From the NCBI GenBank assembly GCA_964016885.1, contig OZ024742.1:106454001-106518000 (forward strand): a stretch of 64,000 nucleotides of DNA, written 5' to 3'. The stretch is from Eledone cirrhosa. Lineage: Eukaryota. The position numbers and the translations under genes are program-made. A model generated the notes under the pieces. That model was not told where the DNA came from and did not search any database. It saw only the letters and a list, made by a program, of their open reading frames with translations. Below, one piece after another: positions 1-16,159 of this stretch (position 1 is its first letter; each line of letters begins with the position of its first letter).

Positions 1-192
<192 letters not shown>

Positions 193-410
193 TGGCGTGT
201 GGCTGAGTGGTTAGAGAATTGGATTCGCAATCGTAAGGTTGTGAGTTCGATTCCTGGACCAGGCGATGCGTTATGTCCTTGAGCAAGACACTTTATTTCA
301 CGTTGCTCTTTCTACCTGGAGTTGCGACCGATAGATAGTATTAGCAATTGGAAAGACCAACGGAAACATTGTTCCCTCGGTCCGATTTGACGAAAGTCGA
401 TCGTTCCTTT
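193..410 (+). mobile_element. tRNA-derived SINE (family C)
   Basis: A-box TGGCTGAGTGG, B-box GAGTTCGATTCC, then GTCCTTGAGCAAGACACTTT; body matches the reverse complement of 11010-11240. Confidence 0.8.
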
Positions 411-647
411 TATATATATATATATATATATACATATGTCCATTTATATATATATATATATATATATATGACGGGCGATCTTCTGCAGTTTGCGTCTACA
501 ATTCCACTCCCAAAGCTATAATAGAAGACACTTGCGCGAGGTGTAAAATCCGTGAGAAATCCGTAGCCTCATAGTAAAACCTGCGCCTGTACATACATAT
601 ACATATACGTGCGCGCATACACACACACACACACTCACACACACCCA

Positions 648-716
<69 letters not shown>

Positions 717-756
717 GAGAGAGAGAAGGGGGAGATACGCAAACACGTATATATAC

Positions 757-839
<83 letters not shown>

Positions 840-856
840 CACATATATACATATAT

Positions 857-967
<111 letters not shown>

Positions 968-1064
968 GATAGAGAGAAGGGGGAGATGCGGAAACACGTA
1001 TATTCATATGTGTTTGTATATGTTTGCGTGGCGGGATTGGTTGGGAGTCTCCATAAATACTAAA

Positions 1065-1372
1065 GGCGGTGAAATGGCGCAGTAAGTAGTACGTCAGATA
1101 GAATGCTTCGTTGTATTCATTCCGACTCTTTGAGAGCTAGGTACAAATCAGTTCAAGGTCAGTTATGTATTTTATCTTTTGAAGGTCGAGAAATAAAGTG
1201 CCAGACCACCACTAGGGTTGTTTCCTTTTCTATATCTGTTTTTCACTTCCTTCCCCTGACTCTCTATTTCTCTGGTAGAAATCGGCTATGTTCAAACCTG
1301 GAGGAAGATGGGGTCCACTAGGCTTAAAAGCCGAAGACACGCCCCTAAGATTCCATATGGAGTTGAGTGCCC
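1065..1372 (+). mobile_element. tRNA-derived SINE, long-tail subfamily B, degenerate
   Basis: GGCGGTGAAATGGC head, core ...GGTCGAGAAATAAAGTGCCAG, tail ...CGCCCCTAAGATTCC similar to 8385-8710. Confidence 0.65.
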
Positions 1373-1541
1373 ATGGATGAATGCATAAAAAGGATTGTGT
1401 GTAAAGCATTTAATTACTTATCATTAAACATCGATTAACAAACTAATCCACAGATGAATTCATGCTGCGCTAATTTGGTTTAAAGACATCAAAGGCTGCC
1501 GATAATGTTTATATACTTAGAAAAGAGATAATCATGTAATG

Positions 1542-1605
<64 letters not shown>

Positions 1606-1633
1606 ACATACATATACATCCCATATCTATATC

Positions 1634-1738
<105 letters not shown>

Positions 1739-1774
1739 GTACAGACACAAATATATATATATGTATGTATGTAC

Positions 1775-1810
<36 letters not shown>

Positions 1811-1852
1811 TACATGTGTAGTATGTTTAAATATAACTAAATAGAGATGCAC

Positions 1853-2000
1853 AGGCATGGCTCTGTGGTTAAGGTTTTCGAATTGCAACCACGTTATTTC
1901 GGGATCAGTCCCGCTTCGTGGTACCATGGGCACGTGTTACCCACTACTCCCTTGGATATAGACTGTTTCCTTGTGAGTGGAATTTGGTAGACGGAATTTT
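1853..2000 (+). mobile_element. tRNA-derived SINE (family D)
   Basis: GGCATGGCTCTGTGGTTAAG head; TGTGAGTGGAATTTGGTAGACGGAA segment resembles 38811-38840. Confidence 0.6.
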
Positions 2001-2468
2001 CAAGAGCTCATATGTGTGCATGTGCATAGATATATATGAGCGCGCGTATGTATGTATGTATGTATGTGTCTGTGTAAATATTTATACATAAGTGCTTGTC
2101 CGTGTCTACGTATAAATTTGTGTCTAAACCTGTAACAGAATAGTCTAACAAAAAGTGATCGAAGGTATAATTACTAAGGTCGAAAGATGAGTACGATCGA
2201 GAAAACTCCCTCAAAAGAGGCTGCAGTTAAACGACTGAAAATACTAAAAGACTAAAAGAGGCAATGTAGATGCGTTGTCTATTTTAGTCTTTTACTATTT
2301 TGTGATTCAACTGTTGTATACACTGGCGGAGAATAGAGGGTATTTCTCAGCAATATTATTCCTAGATTTCACATACTCACTCACACACACTCACACGTAT
2401 AAATGTATAACTATATATATACACATATATATATATGCATATATATATTTATGCATATATATATATGC

Positions 2469-2510
<42 letters not shown>

Positions 2511-2693
2511 CTGTACCTCTTGTATTTATATTTATAAATATATATCAAAATGTCATTAGATGTAACTATAATAAAAATGTGTCCATTGCTATCTAAATAC
2601 ATGCGCGCGCACATACACACACACACATATATATATGTATATATATATATGTATATATATATATGTACTTATATATATGTATATATATATATG

Positions 2694-2744
<51 letters not shown>

Positions 2745-3663
2745 GGTATTTGAAGTGGTTACCTTGAAGCATTGTATCAATGAAGATGAACAGAGATTTA
2801 AAATCCATACCAATGCGGGTTTTATTGTAATATTGATCTTTTTTTTTTTTTTTTTTTTTTTACCTTTTATGAATTTTTGACCTCAGAAAGTCTTTTTCAA
2901 AGTTTTCTGTAGAAAAGAGACATTGAAGAAAGAGAAAGATGCAAAATGATGTAGACACAAAACTATGAACTGCTCCATGTCGAGGCCGAAATGAAAATAT
3001 TTGAATTAATACAGCGTGTAGATATTCCCTTGAAGTACTTGTTCTACTATATAAAGCCCGTCGTTATGTTGGTGGTTACAATAGAAGCTACCATGCTTTC
3101 AATTTTTTTCCGGCACTGCAGCCAAATGACAGCGTTCATGACAGATTAACGACAAATGTCCATTTCGAATCGAATCATTTCCGCAAAGATAAGAAATATT
3201 TCCTTCATGTAACTCCTTAAAAGGTATGCATGTATAAACAATAAACAATACCAATTAGATGTAAATGGTTATAATGTAGTATTTTGAGTTATTTTGAAAC
3301 ATTATTTCAATCAAGTTGAATAGAGATTTGAAAGCACAAATAATATGGTTTTAAATAAAAGAGAACCTTGTTATTCTTTTTTTTTAATGAATTTCTGAGC
3401 TGAGAGGATCTTTGTCAAAAAATACAATGGGACAGAGACATAAAAACAAAAAATAATAATAAAATAAAATAAAAAGAAGGACAATTGTGAATGATAAACA
3501 AAGAAATCATTGCTTTCTGAAGAAGCTGAAATGAAAATGTTCGAATTCGAATAGTGTTTAAATATTCCAACTAATATATTATATATATATAATATATATG
3601 TATGTTTGTATGTATATATATATATATATATATAACCATTTATATTATATTACATATATATAA

Positions 3664-3696
<33 letters not shown>

Positions 3697-4229
3697 CATA
3701 TATAGTTTACATATACATCTACGCACGCACATACGCATATAAATATAATTTTTGGAAAATGTATTTGAAAAGACAGAAACTATACCAACAATTTTTCCCT
3801 GTAAAAATGACAGCCCCAAACAATTTCGAACTTGAATTTGTGAGCTGATGTCCCTTCAATGAAACTTGCATATAGTCTGCTTTACTCTCTAAAATGTTTC
3901 TTTGCACCGGTATAATATGCACCGGATTTGTTTTTTTTTATATTTTTCTTCAAAACTGAAAATTGATATATGGCATATATACAGTTTTGTTGGTTCTATT
4001 GTTGTTGCTCTTTTCTTTTATGTCCTCTTCTACATATCTTTTCTTAAGAATATTGGTGTCTATATCAATAATAAGGTTTTTTGGGGTGTTTCACTTGGAA
4101 AGCCTTGAGCGGACTATAGCTGCATTGCAACTGTCTACGATTGAATTATAGTCCCTTTCAAACACTCGCTAACACAACACTCAATGTATACATACAGATT
4201 ACACATACGTAGATGTTTATATTTATACA

Positions 4230-4342
<113 letters not shown>

Positions 4343-4378
4343 TACATATATATATAATATATAATATAATATATATAT

Positions 4379-4425
<47 letters not shown>

Positions 4426-4480
4426 TTTTTTATGTATGTGTATATATATATATGTGTATATATGTATGTATATGTATGTA

Positions 4481-4572
<92 letters not shown>

Positions 4573-5309
4573 TTTATGTATGTGTATATGTATATATATA
4601 TTTATATATGTATTTATGTGTGCAAGTATGCAATATGTGTTCGTGTGTTTCAGAATGGGACGCTACATTAAGACTAGATTTCTTATATATTTACTAATGA
4701 CTTATCTCCCTAATCATTGGCGATACAAACAATGCCAGGAATACATCTCACATCTCCCAAAGAACAACATATCTGCCATCTTCCAAAGAACATATCTTGA
4801 TCAGATGCATATCTCAAACAAATATATCGTTCAACCGTAAATTTCTCATTCTTTAATTCATGAAAATAAGTGAAAATAATCGGGGTCTGATAACTTAAAA
4901 TAATAATGATAGTAATAATAATAAGCACGAGTATAAACAATATCAAACTATAACAACTAAAATAACAAACAGCAACAAACAACGAACATTACACCAAAGT
5001 AAACCCAAAACTAAATGATTAAAGAATTTTTTTTTTTAAATGAAGGAAGAAGCAAACTCAAATAATTACAATATATAACTGAACAAGAGAGAAACTTCTA
5101 TCCCATATTCAAAGCACCCAGTCAAAAATATTCACAACATCTGTGAATATGCACATCGAATGCACAACGTTTATTAAACACAGGCAGTGATCCTAATGGC
5201 TGCTATTTTTCGTTTCACTTCGTATATAGTATGTTTTATCATGCCCCGTTTTCACCGACAAATTGTTCAGCATCCTACGAGGTTTGTTTCATCTTTAAAA
5301 AAAAAAAGC

Positions 5310-5580
5310 CCCTAATCTGGGATAAAACAAAATTGTCACCATATCTGGATCAAACACCGACCATTTTAGATGGATCAACAAGTGACCATCTTTCATCAGA
5401 TAATGGCTGTTTTAAACCAAACTGGGTCCACTTTGGATCAGACAGCAACCATTTTAAATTGACCAACGAGCAATGATCATGTTTCAAACAATGGTTATTT
5501 TAAACAAAACTGTGGTCATTCCAAATTAAACAGTGGCTATTTTAGATCAAATAGGGTAATTCTGGATCAAACAACGATTG
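5310..5580. repeat. Degenerate minisatellite with recurring (T)GGATCAAAC/TTTTAGATCAAA units
   Basis: Recurring GGATCAAAC..GACCATTTTA-like motifs. Confidence 0.5.
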
Positions 5581-5663
5581 ATTCAGTTTCTAAAATACAG
5601 GGCATTTATTAATTGCAGTATTTTTGAGTAACGAAAAGAAAACAAAGAAATATATATATATAA

Positions 5664-5720
<57 letters not shown>

Positions 5721-5744
5721 CATATATATTATATATATATAAGC

Positions 5745-5836
<92 letters not shown>

Positions 5837-5859
5837 ACATATTCATATATATATATACA

Positions 5860-5937
<78 letters not shown>

Positions 5938-5938
5938 A

Positions 5939-6000
<62 letters not shown>

Positions 6001-6007
6001 ATACATA

Positions 6008-6046
<39 letters not shown>

Positions 6047-6476
6047 TCATATACTTATATATAAATACATACACACATACATATATCATATATATATTGA
6101 CTCTGGTCACATCGTTTAGGAGGATTAAAATTTACCTTATCTTTAAAATCTTTAGAATTAAACAACCCTGAATTAGAGACATTTAAAGAGTATCGTTTCG
6201 GTAGGGTTGTACGACTTTATTTTTTGTGTTCTCTCTTCTTACCAAACGCACTTTGATTGGTTGTGCTTTTTGTATAAAAATTATAACAAAACAGATTTAA
6301 AATTTATGAACGTGTTAGATTTTCTTAATTTTCTTTTTTACGTCATGTTAACTTATTGTATTTGTTTCAACTCTGTGACTAATAAAAAAAATTGTCTCCT
6401 TCATATATATATATATATATAGATATATATATATATATATATACATACATATATGTATGTATATATATTATATATA

Positions 6477-6507
<31 letters not shown>

Positions 6508-6555
6508 TATATATATTCAATGACTTTTTAGTCGATATTGTTGTTTTTCATTTAT

Positions 6556-6590
<35 letters not shown>

Positions 6591-6670
6591 CTCTCTATCT
6601 CTATCTCTCTCTCTTTCACTCTCTCCCTCTCTCTCTCTTTCTCTCCTTTCTCTTTATATACATATATATT

Positions 6671-6760
<90 letters not shown>

Positions 6761-6828
6761 TATATACATATATATATGTATACATATATTTATATGTATA
6801 CATATATTTATAAATACATATATATATA

Positions 6829-7138
<310 letters not shown>

Positions 7139-7629
7139 AATATGTTATTTGTCTTTTATTTAATGGTTTGCAACTTCTCATGGCTTTGAAAGTCAGTTCC
7201 CACTAGATTAAATGTCATTATAACGATCTAATGAGAATATATAAGCGCTTGTTCGACGTGCCGATTTACAAAGTGATAGAAAGGAGATGAGAAAGAGATA
7301 TTAAAGAAGAATTCACCCCACTACTGAAGTATAACATTTTTTATCATGCTCGAAATAGAAACATTTAAACTCAGAGCTCGGGGAGTCAGAACGATTACTG
7401 CCTCGCATTCTATCCACCTTTACAATGTAGTTAGAACTTGACAAAAAGAGATGGTCGTGGCTGGGGAGCTCGTGATTGTATGTCTACTCATCCACGCTGA
7501 ACTAGAGCCATGATACTAGAACAATATTCCCATTTCTGTAAAACAAATAATTGTTTCTACTTTTGGCACAAGGCCAGCAATTATTTAGTACATTACCGGT
7601 ACTTAATTTTATCGACACCAGGGTCAAGA

Positions 7630-7907
7630 CAAGATTGTCCCGTATCTCCTGAGCACGTTATAGTGACGGAACATAGCTCCCTTCAAGTCTGAATAGAGTA
7701 GATTTCTTTCAATGAAGAATGCAGAGTGAGCGAATGGAGTGAAAAAGAGATCTAGAGAAAGAATCGACTCCAGTACTAGACATACATTTTTATCCATCTT
7801 AGAAGGATGAAAGACAAACTTGACATCGGCGAATTTGAACCCAGAGATCAGAAAGACGAAACCAATATCGCAACCCATTCTATCCGACGTTCTAACGACT
7901 CTGCCAA
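7630..7907 (-). mobile_element. SINE subfamily B
   Basis: Reverse complement of head + core (TTTTATCCATCTTAGAAGGATGAAAGACAAACTTGAC..TTTGAACCCAG) + long tail. Confidence 0.75.
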
Positions 7908-8214
7908 GATTTTTGATGGGGAGACGTGTGATGAAACGGGTGTTGTTATTAAAAAATGCCTCAAACACTTATGTTTGGCGTTTTCATACGGATACAGTGA
8001 TAGTTGTGACATGATCACAGATTAAACTATTCATAGTGAGACTTATATTATTCATATACACCTCTATTATGAATACTACTGTATTAGTCCCACTACTAAT
8101 TATTCTCAGCCAAGTCAAGTACGAACTAAATGCAAATGAAATTATACAGCAGATGTTTTTAGGCAAAAAGTGTATAAACTATAGTTTATTCTTCTCCAGT
8201 AACAATTGTGTAAA

Positions 8215-8259
8215 CGTAACTGATGATGGCTAAACATGCTGAAACATAAGTGTTTGGCG
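8215..8259 (+). ncRNA. Degenerate minimal type I hammerhead ribozyme motif
   Basis: CTGATGA-T-GGC..GCT-GAAA-CATAAGTG-TT; weak stem I. Confidence 0.35.
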
Positions 8260-8384
8260 TTCTCACATGGCTACTGAGATAGCTGCGACATAATCACAGC
8301 TTAAAATACGTATGTATGTTTATTATGTGCTTTCTTACACACCTTTATTAATGTATGGTATGGTATTGTATTTTATGGACACAT

Positions 8385-8710
8385 AACTCCGGAGGAAGTT
8401 GTAGGGGCGCCATATTAACAGACGGCGTTTCTAGGGTATTTTTTTCAACCTGGCGGAGCCCATCTCCTCTCCAAGCCTCAATACAGTAGATTTCTTCCAG
8501 AGAAGGATAGAGAGGGTGAGAGAAAGGAAGTGAGAAAGAGATATAGAGGAAGAATCGACCCCAGTACTGGACTGGTACTTATTTTATCGACCATGAATGG
8601 ATGAAAGGCAATGTTGACCACGGTGGCATTAGAACTCAGAGAGTAGAGAGACGAAATGAATACCGCAAAGCATTCTATCCGACCTTCTAACGACTCTGTC
8701 AATTCGCCGC
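8385..8710 (-). mobile_element. SINE subfamily B, near full length
   Basis: Head GGCGAATTGACAGAGTCGTTAGA, core GCCTTTCATCC..GGTCGATAAAATAAGTACCAG, tail ...GGCGCCCCTACAAC (all on minus strand). Confidence 0.85.
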
Positions 8711-9062
8711 TTTTTATTAATGAACATGTACCTCTAAATAGTATTGTAGTTATGTTTGTTTCTACGAAGTTTCACAGAATTTTCATAACACGTGATTTTG
8801 TCGTTGGGAATATAGTTAATCTGGAAACAGGAGTCATGGTTCATTTAAATCTAATTGATGAAGCTTGTAGTTGTACTCATTATTAAGTCGGCCACTTTGC
8901 AGAGACATGCCCTCTCCCAGTAAACTATATATGTTTGTTTATAATACATTTATGTCTCGACTGCTTTTTTTTAATTATTCAGTTTGTCTAAATAATATTA
9001 ATATATATATATATATATATACATATATATATGTGTGTGAGAGAGATGTATGTATGCAAATA

Positions 9063-9163
<101 letters not shown>

Positions 9164-9771
9164 AGAAAGAGAAAGAAAGAGCGAAGTCGAAAAGAGACTC
9201 CTGCGTATTTATGTGGGCATTTGTTTATGAGTACGTGAGGGGATGAGTGTGTGTGTATGTATGTATGTGTGTTTGTGTATATGTGAGTGTGTGTGTGTGT
9301 GTGTCTGTGTGTATGTGTGTCTGTGTGCCTGTGTGTGTGTGTATGTGTGTGTGAGTTGAGTGTCCAGCTGGCCACTGAGAACTATAACATCCGTTAAATC
9401 TATGGACCGCATTCCTGTTAATCAGATGAAAAATTATGAAGAAACAACATGTATGTTTGCGCAGCTTCACTACTCTACCACGTGACTAATTAACGTGACG
9501 TAAAACAACATTTCCGTATATAAACAACTTTCTTTTTTCCTTTCATTCGTTTCCAGATGTATAGCACCCTAGATAAACAAGTTCGAATTGCACCCAGAGT
9601 CAATTAAATTCATACGTTGACTGCTATATGGGCTCTGTTTCAAATTTAGCTGTCATACTGATAAAAGGGCGGCTGCCGCAATGTAGGCGGTAACCTTATA
9701 TTTTATGTAATTATGTGCCGTTTCAAGTTCGCTTCATGAATTCGGCAACCACTTTAATATATATTATGTGG

Positions 9772-9950
9772 AGGGTGGTAGACTGGCAGAATTGGTAGAG
9801 TGTCGGATAAAATACCATTGCGGTATTTATTTTGGCTCTTAACAACCTTATTTCAAATCCTTGTGATGTCAACTTTCTTTTTCGTCCTTCCAGGGTCGAT
9901 ATAATAAAATACTAGTCAAGTACTGGGATTGATTTAATCAATGTATATTA
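9772..9950 (+). mobile_element. SINE A/B head + core
   Basis: GGTGGTAGACTGGCAGAATTGGTAGAGTGTCGG...CAGGGTCGATATAATAAAATACTAG. Confidence 0.75.
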
Positions 9951-10276
9951 CGTGGACATGTGCATGACTTGGTGGGGTTCATCCTCTTTAGATAAATGTC
10001 ATCACCGAATGAACCTGTAATTAGAAAGACTGTAGAATATTCTGCTATTTAAGCATCAATTTACAGGTTTAACTCTCAAATGGTTGAACAAATAAATGCT
10101 CTCGTCGAAATTGACGGAAAAGTCATCATCATATATTACATTGCTAATTCTCGACAGAGAAACACATAAACATTGCACTCTTCGCTGAAAGTCAAGGAGA
10201 CTCTACTCAGCTACATCACAGAATCTGCCAGAAAAAAAAGACAATCAAATATCCACCAAATTACATATTATTATAT

Positions 10277-10683
10277 TAGAAAGTCGGTGGATTGGCAGTA
10301 TCAGTAGAGGGTTGGACACCATGCTTTGCAGCATAGTTACGTCCCTTTACGATCTAAGTTCAAATCCCGCCGAGGTTAAATTTGCCTTTCATCCTTACGG
10401 GGTCGATAAAATAAAGTACCAGTAATGAACTGGGTATTTGCTGGCCTTGTGCCAAAAGTAGAAACAATTATATTTGAAAGTCGGTGGATTGGCAGTATCA
10501 GTAGAGGGTCGGACACCATGCTTTGCAGCATAGAGTTACGTCCCTTTCCATTCTGAGTTCAAATCCCGCCGAGGTTAACTTTGCCTTTCATCCTTACGGG
10601 GTCGATAAAATAAAGTACCAGTAATATACTGGGTAATTGCTGGCCTTGTGCCAAAAGTAGAAACAATTATATTAGAAAGTCGG
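10277..10683 (+). mobile_element. Two tandem SINE subfamily A copies
   Basis: Two ~200-bp near-identical units ending TTGCTGGCCTTGTGCCAAAAGTAGAAACAATTAT. Confidence 0.9.
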
Positions 10684-11009
10684 AAGGGTCATATTATATA
10701 ATGCATATCTCTCTCTATATATATATGTGTGTGTGTGTGTATGTATGTGTGTGTGTGTTTATATATATATATTGTTATACTTGGGAGGGTTATAATGTTG
10801 CCAGAAATAATAACAGAACAGAACACACTCCTCACTCTTTAGTTTGGGTTCGCTTCTGTATCTTTTATATCTCCATAGTTAATTTATCTGGCAATCAATG
10901 TTTATCATTGACTGACCAACGGTTAAAAATACAGATATACATAGTCTATCATATTTATATATATATGTTTATGTTTATGTGTGTATCTAAAATGTATATA
11001 CAAAAAAGT

Positions 11010-11350
11010 AAAGACTCTCCCTTGGTCACCAATGACCATGTTGTTTGCACCGTGAAGTTACGTCGATTTCTGAACCTTGTCAAATCGGACCGAGGAAACA
11101 ATGTTTCCATTGGGCTTTCCAATTGCTAATACTATCTACCGGTCGAAAATCCAGGAAGAAAAAGCAGCATGAAATAAAGTGTCTTACTCAAGGACATAAC
11201 GCATCACCCGGTCCGGGAATCGAGCTCACAACCTCACCATTGTATGTGTGGGTGTGTGTGTGCGCGTGTGTGTGTGTGCGCGCGTGTGTGTGTATGTGTG
11301 TAGGGAAGGCACGTGGCTTAGTGGTTAGAGCTTTGAGATTACAATCGTAA
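11010..11350 (-). mobile_element. SINE family C with its tRNA head locally inverted
   Basis: Body 11010-11240 is the reverse complement of 230-400; head 11308-11350 is on the + strand. Confidence 0.7.
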
Positions 11351-11384
11351 TGTTATGTTTATATATATATATATATACATATAT

Positions 11385-13096
<1,712 letters not shown>

Positions 13097-13121
13097 TGAG
13101 AGAGACAGAGAGCGAGAAAGA

Positions 13122-13237
<116 letters not shown>

Positions 13238-13316
13238 ACTGGAAGGTAATATCCATAGTGGTAGAGCACTCAACCTGATACGGTTGTTCTTCCTGTCCCA
13301 TATAACTATTACCAGT

Positions 13317-13357
13317 CCATGCTGAAGATCCGCATAAGGTGAAACAATTGTTCTCGG
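13317..13357 (+). ncRNA. Degenerate hammerhead motif
   Basis: CTGAAGA-TCC..GGT-GAAA-CAATTG-TT with palindromic ACAATTGT; poor stem I; inside a repeat related to 34403-35051. Confidence 0.4.
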
Positions 13358-13385
13358 TATGGTGAACTAACTGTTGTGTTACTAC

Positions 13386-13423
<38 letters not shown>

Positions 13424-13889
13424 CACATATACATATATATAGGCAGAGCGGAGTAGATGAGAGTTGTATATCATATAAATCCGGACTATCGATGGTTTCT
13501 GGACAGCAGTCTGTTCATAACAGTTACAACTGCAACTATTATTGACAGTAGCTATGTAGTATTTTCAGACCCTACACAACTGGGTGCTACAGCACGTCCT
13601 TAACGGGTAATCATCACCACCACTACTCCACCTCCAACGGAAAAGTTTGTCTAACCGACTTATACAAGTCTAGTCAGTATCATCACTGAGTGTAACAGTT
13701 TCCGGCTTGTGGCCTCCCAAAGAACAAAGACAGGGTTGTAAATAAAATAATATAAATCGATCTAAAATAAAAATATAAAATGTTCAAATTTCATTCAAAA
13801 CAAAAACTGAGAGAAGAAATAAATATTGGTATCCGAGCTAACCGAAGAGAATCCGTATAGCTCATGTCCTACGTTATATGGTATGGCAC

Positions 13890-14140
13890 TGTAACTCCGT
13901 TACAATCGTAGGGACGCCGTTCTGACATACGACGTTTCTTGGGCATTTTAAGCATAGCGGAGCCCACCCCTCTCCAGGCCTGAGTAAAGCAGAATCGATC
14001 CCAGTACTAGACCGGTACGCTTTTATCGACCTTGAAAGGATGAAAGGCAAGGTTGACCTCGACGGGATTTGAACTCAAAGAGCAGAAATCCGGAACGAAT
14101 ACCATAACGCATTTTATCCGACGTTCTAATGACTCTGCCA
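13890..14140 (-). mobile_element. SINE subfamily B
   Basis: TTTTATCGACCTTGAAAGGATGAAAGGCAAGGTTGACCTCGACGGGATTTGAACTC plus long tail. Confidence 0.85.
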
Positions 14141-14401
14141 TGTCGTACTTACTCAATGATATTCTGAGATTTGCACGTTAGAAATAGAAGCTTATAACTC
14201 AGAGTGTGCACAATTTCTTTATTAGTAAGTAAACAGCAGCGTGTAGTAATGGTATTTGTATATCGTATAAACCCGGACTATCGAGAGTTTCAGTGCAACA
14301 GTCTGCTCATAACAGTTACAACTGTAACAGTAGTTATGTAATAACAGCAGACACTATGTGTGTATGAATATAAATATATATACATTTATATATATATATT
14401 T

Positions 14402-14436
<35 letters not shown>

Positions 14437-14861
14437 CATATACATACTAGATACATACATATGTGTGCGTGTACGTATGAGAAAGAGAGAGAGAGAGTGT
14501 GTGTGTGTGTGTGAGAGAGAGAGTGAGAGAGAGAGTGAGAGAGAGAGAGTATTCACACAGGTGTCTTTGTGTGCAATTGAGCGAAAAAGTTCTCAATACG
14601 GGTAAGTCATGTGGAATAATATTTATTCAAAGTTGATAGCTGAGAATCGTTTTCCCTAAACCTGGACAACAACAATAATACGCCCACCGTAAACCAACAT
14701 AACTACCATAGAATCAAAATATGTTTGAACGTAAATATACACATAAATAAGGAAGTGATAAAATAAATACAGGTATAATTACAGAATGGAAAATTGCAAT
14801 TATATATATTTTTTAATGATAATAATAAAAGGTAGATAAAAATATATATCAAATATACAAT

Positions 14862-15061
14862 GGGGGATTGCCGCAGAGAATTGGTTATAAGATTTTGTGG
14901 TATTCGTCCCTGCTCTCTTAGTTCAAATCCCATCGTAGTTAGCTTTGCCTTTCATATTTTTTTAGGTCGATATAAAAATAGTACCAGTCAAGAATGGATT
15001 CTATCCTTTCCCTATATCTCTTTTTCACTTTCTCTCTTTTAACCTGTCTCTCTCATTCTCT

Positions 15062-15065
<4 letters not shown>
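14862..15065 (+). mobile_element. SINE A/B, degenerate
   Basis: GTTCAAATCCC..TTTGCCTTTCAT..GGTCGATATAAAAATAGTACCAG. Confidence 0.65.
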
Positions 15066-15140
<75 letters not shown>

Positions 15141-15143
<3 letters not shown>

Positions 15144-15540
15144 GGTCGTTTTGGAAGCCTCAACGATGCAGATGGGTACATCTCCGGGTAACAGAATCAG
15201 GGGAGAATGAGAGATGTAAGAGGAAATGTAGAAAGAGACGTAGAGGAACGTAGGAAAAGTGTAAAAATAATAACACGAGATAGAGTTAATTATCCCTATA
15301 TTTCGGATTTCGCATCCATCAACTGGGATTCTCTGGAAAAAATCGGATGTGTTCAGATCTGGAGTAGGATGGGATCCGTCAGGCTTAAAATGCCCAAGTA
15401 TGTCACGACAGCACCCCCTGCAACTCCATCGGGAGTTACGGCTCCATATATACATTCACATAACGGAAGCCACAATGTTTGCTAAATGCGGTAAAAACTG
15501 AGAATGTCATGATGAGACGAGTGTGAGTAAAAATTATAGG
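15141..15540 (-). repeat. Interspersed repeat related to 54507-54877, possible PLE pLTR
   Basis: Shared GTCGTTT(T)GGAAGCCTC..ATCTCCGGGTAACA and CCCTATATTTCGGATT..CATCCATCAACTGGG segments. Confidence 0.6.
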
Positions 15541-15679
15541 CAAAACTTTTGATGATATTCTCGATTGAGGGAGGTTGTCTCTTCAGATCAGTATCATTAT
15601 TGGCCTCTTTCAGTGGCGAAAATATAATAGCATTGAACCCAGTGCTTCAAAGATATTTTACTTTATCGACTTCAGAAGG

Positions 15680-16040
15680 AATACGATCACGAATACAAGC
15701 GGCCGAAATGGGATTCCTCCGAAGGGTCTTTTCGAGTAACGTTGCTCAATAAAATGCGTAGCTCGGAGATCAGAGAGTTGCTTTCCTTAGAGCCGCTACT
15801 TCTCCGAATTGAAAGATCACAGCTCCGATACTCTCGACATGTGGTTAGAATGTCTCAGGAAAAAATCGCTGGAGAGATTTTACGGCTAATGCCAACAGGT
15901 AGAAGACCCAGATGTAGACCCCGAGAATGATGATTGCATAACACCCATGAGCTTAGCCTGTCTCGCTTGGGGATCCAGTCAAATCAGTTCGAGACAGTTT
16001 CTTCTGACAGAACCCACTGGAGAAACAACTGTCGTATTGT
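15680..16040 (+). pseudogene. RTE-clade LINE 3' fragment (RT C-terminus)
   Basis: RSRIQAAEMGFLRRV...RSSEIRELLSLEPLLLRIERSQLRYSRHVVRM..GRRPRCRPR; frameshifted. Confidence 0.85.
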
Positions 16041-16159
16041 CCTGAAAGAGACATATATGTTTCTTTAGTAATTGAATGGCGCATGCACTATGCTATTTCG
16101 ACAACGATATAGTCTGTATGCTATCTATTCAATATTTTCTCTTCTGCCAAAAACATTTC

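Noticed and set aside
193-265. tRNA gene
   Set aside because: tRNA-like A/B boxes continue into a repeated SINE body; no proper acceptor stem or terminator
3010-3230. Possible host exon ending AAAG/GTATGC
   Set aside because: No convincing open frame or recognisable protein; needs RNA-seq
4655-4840. Possible GIY-YIG C-terminal remnant
   Set aside because: Too degenerate to support by eye
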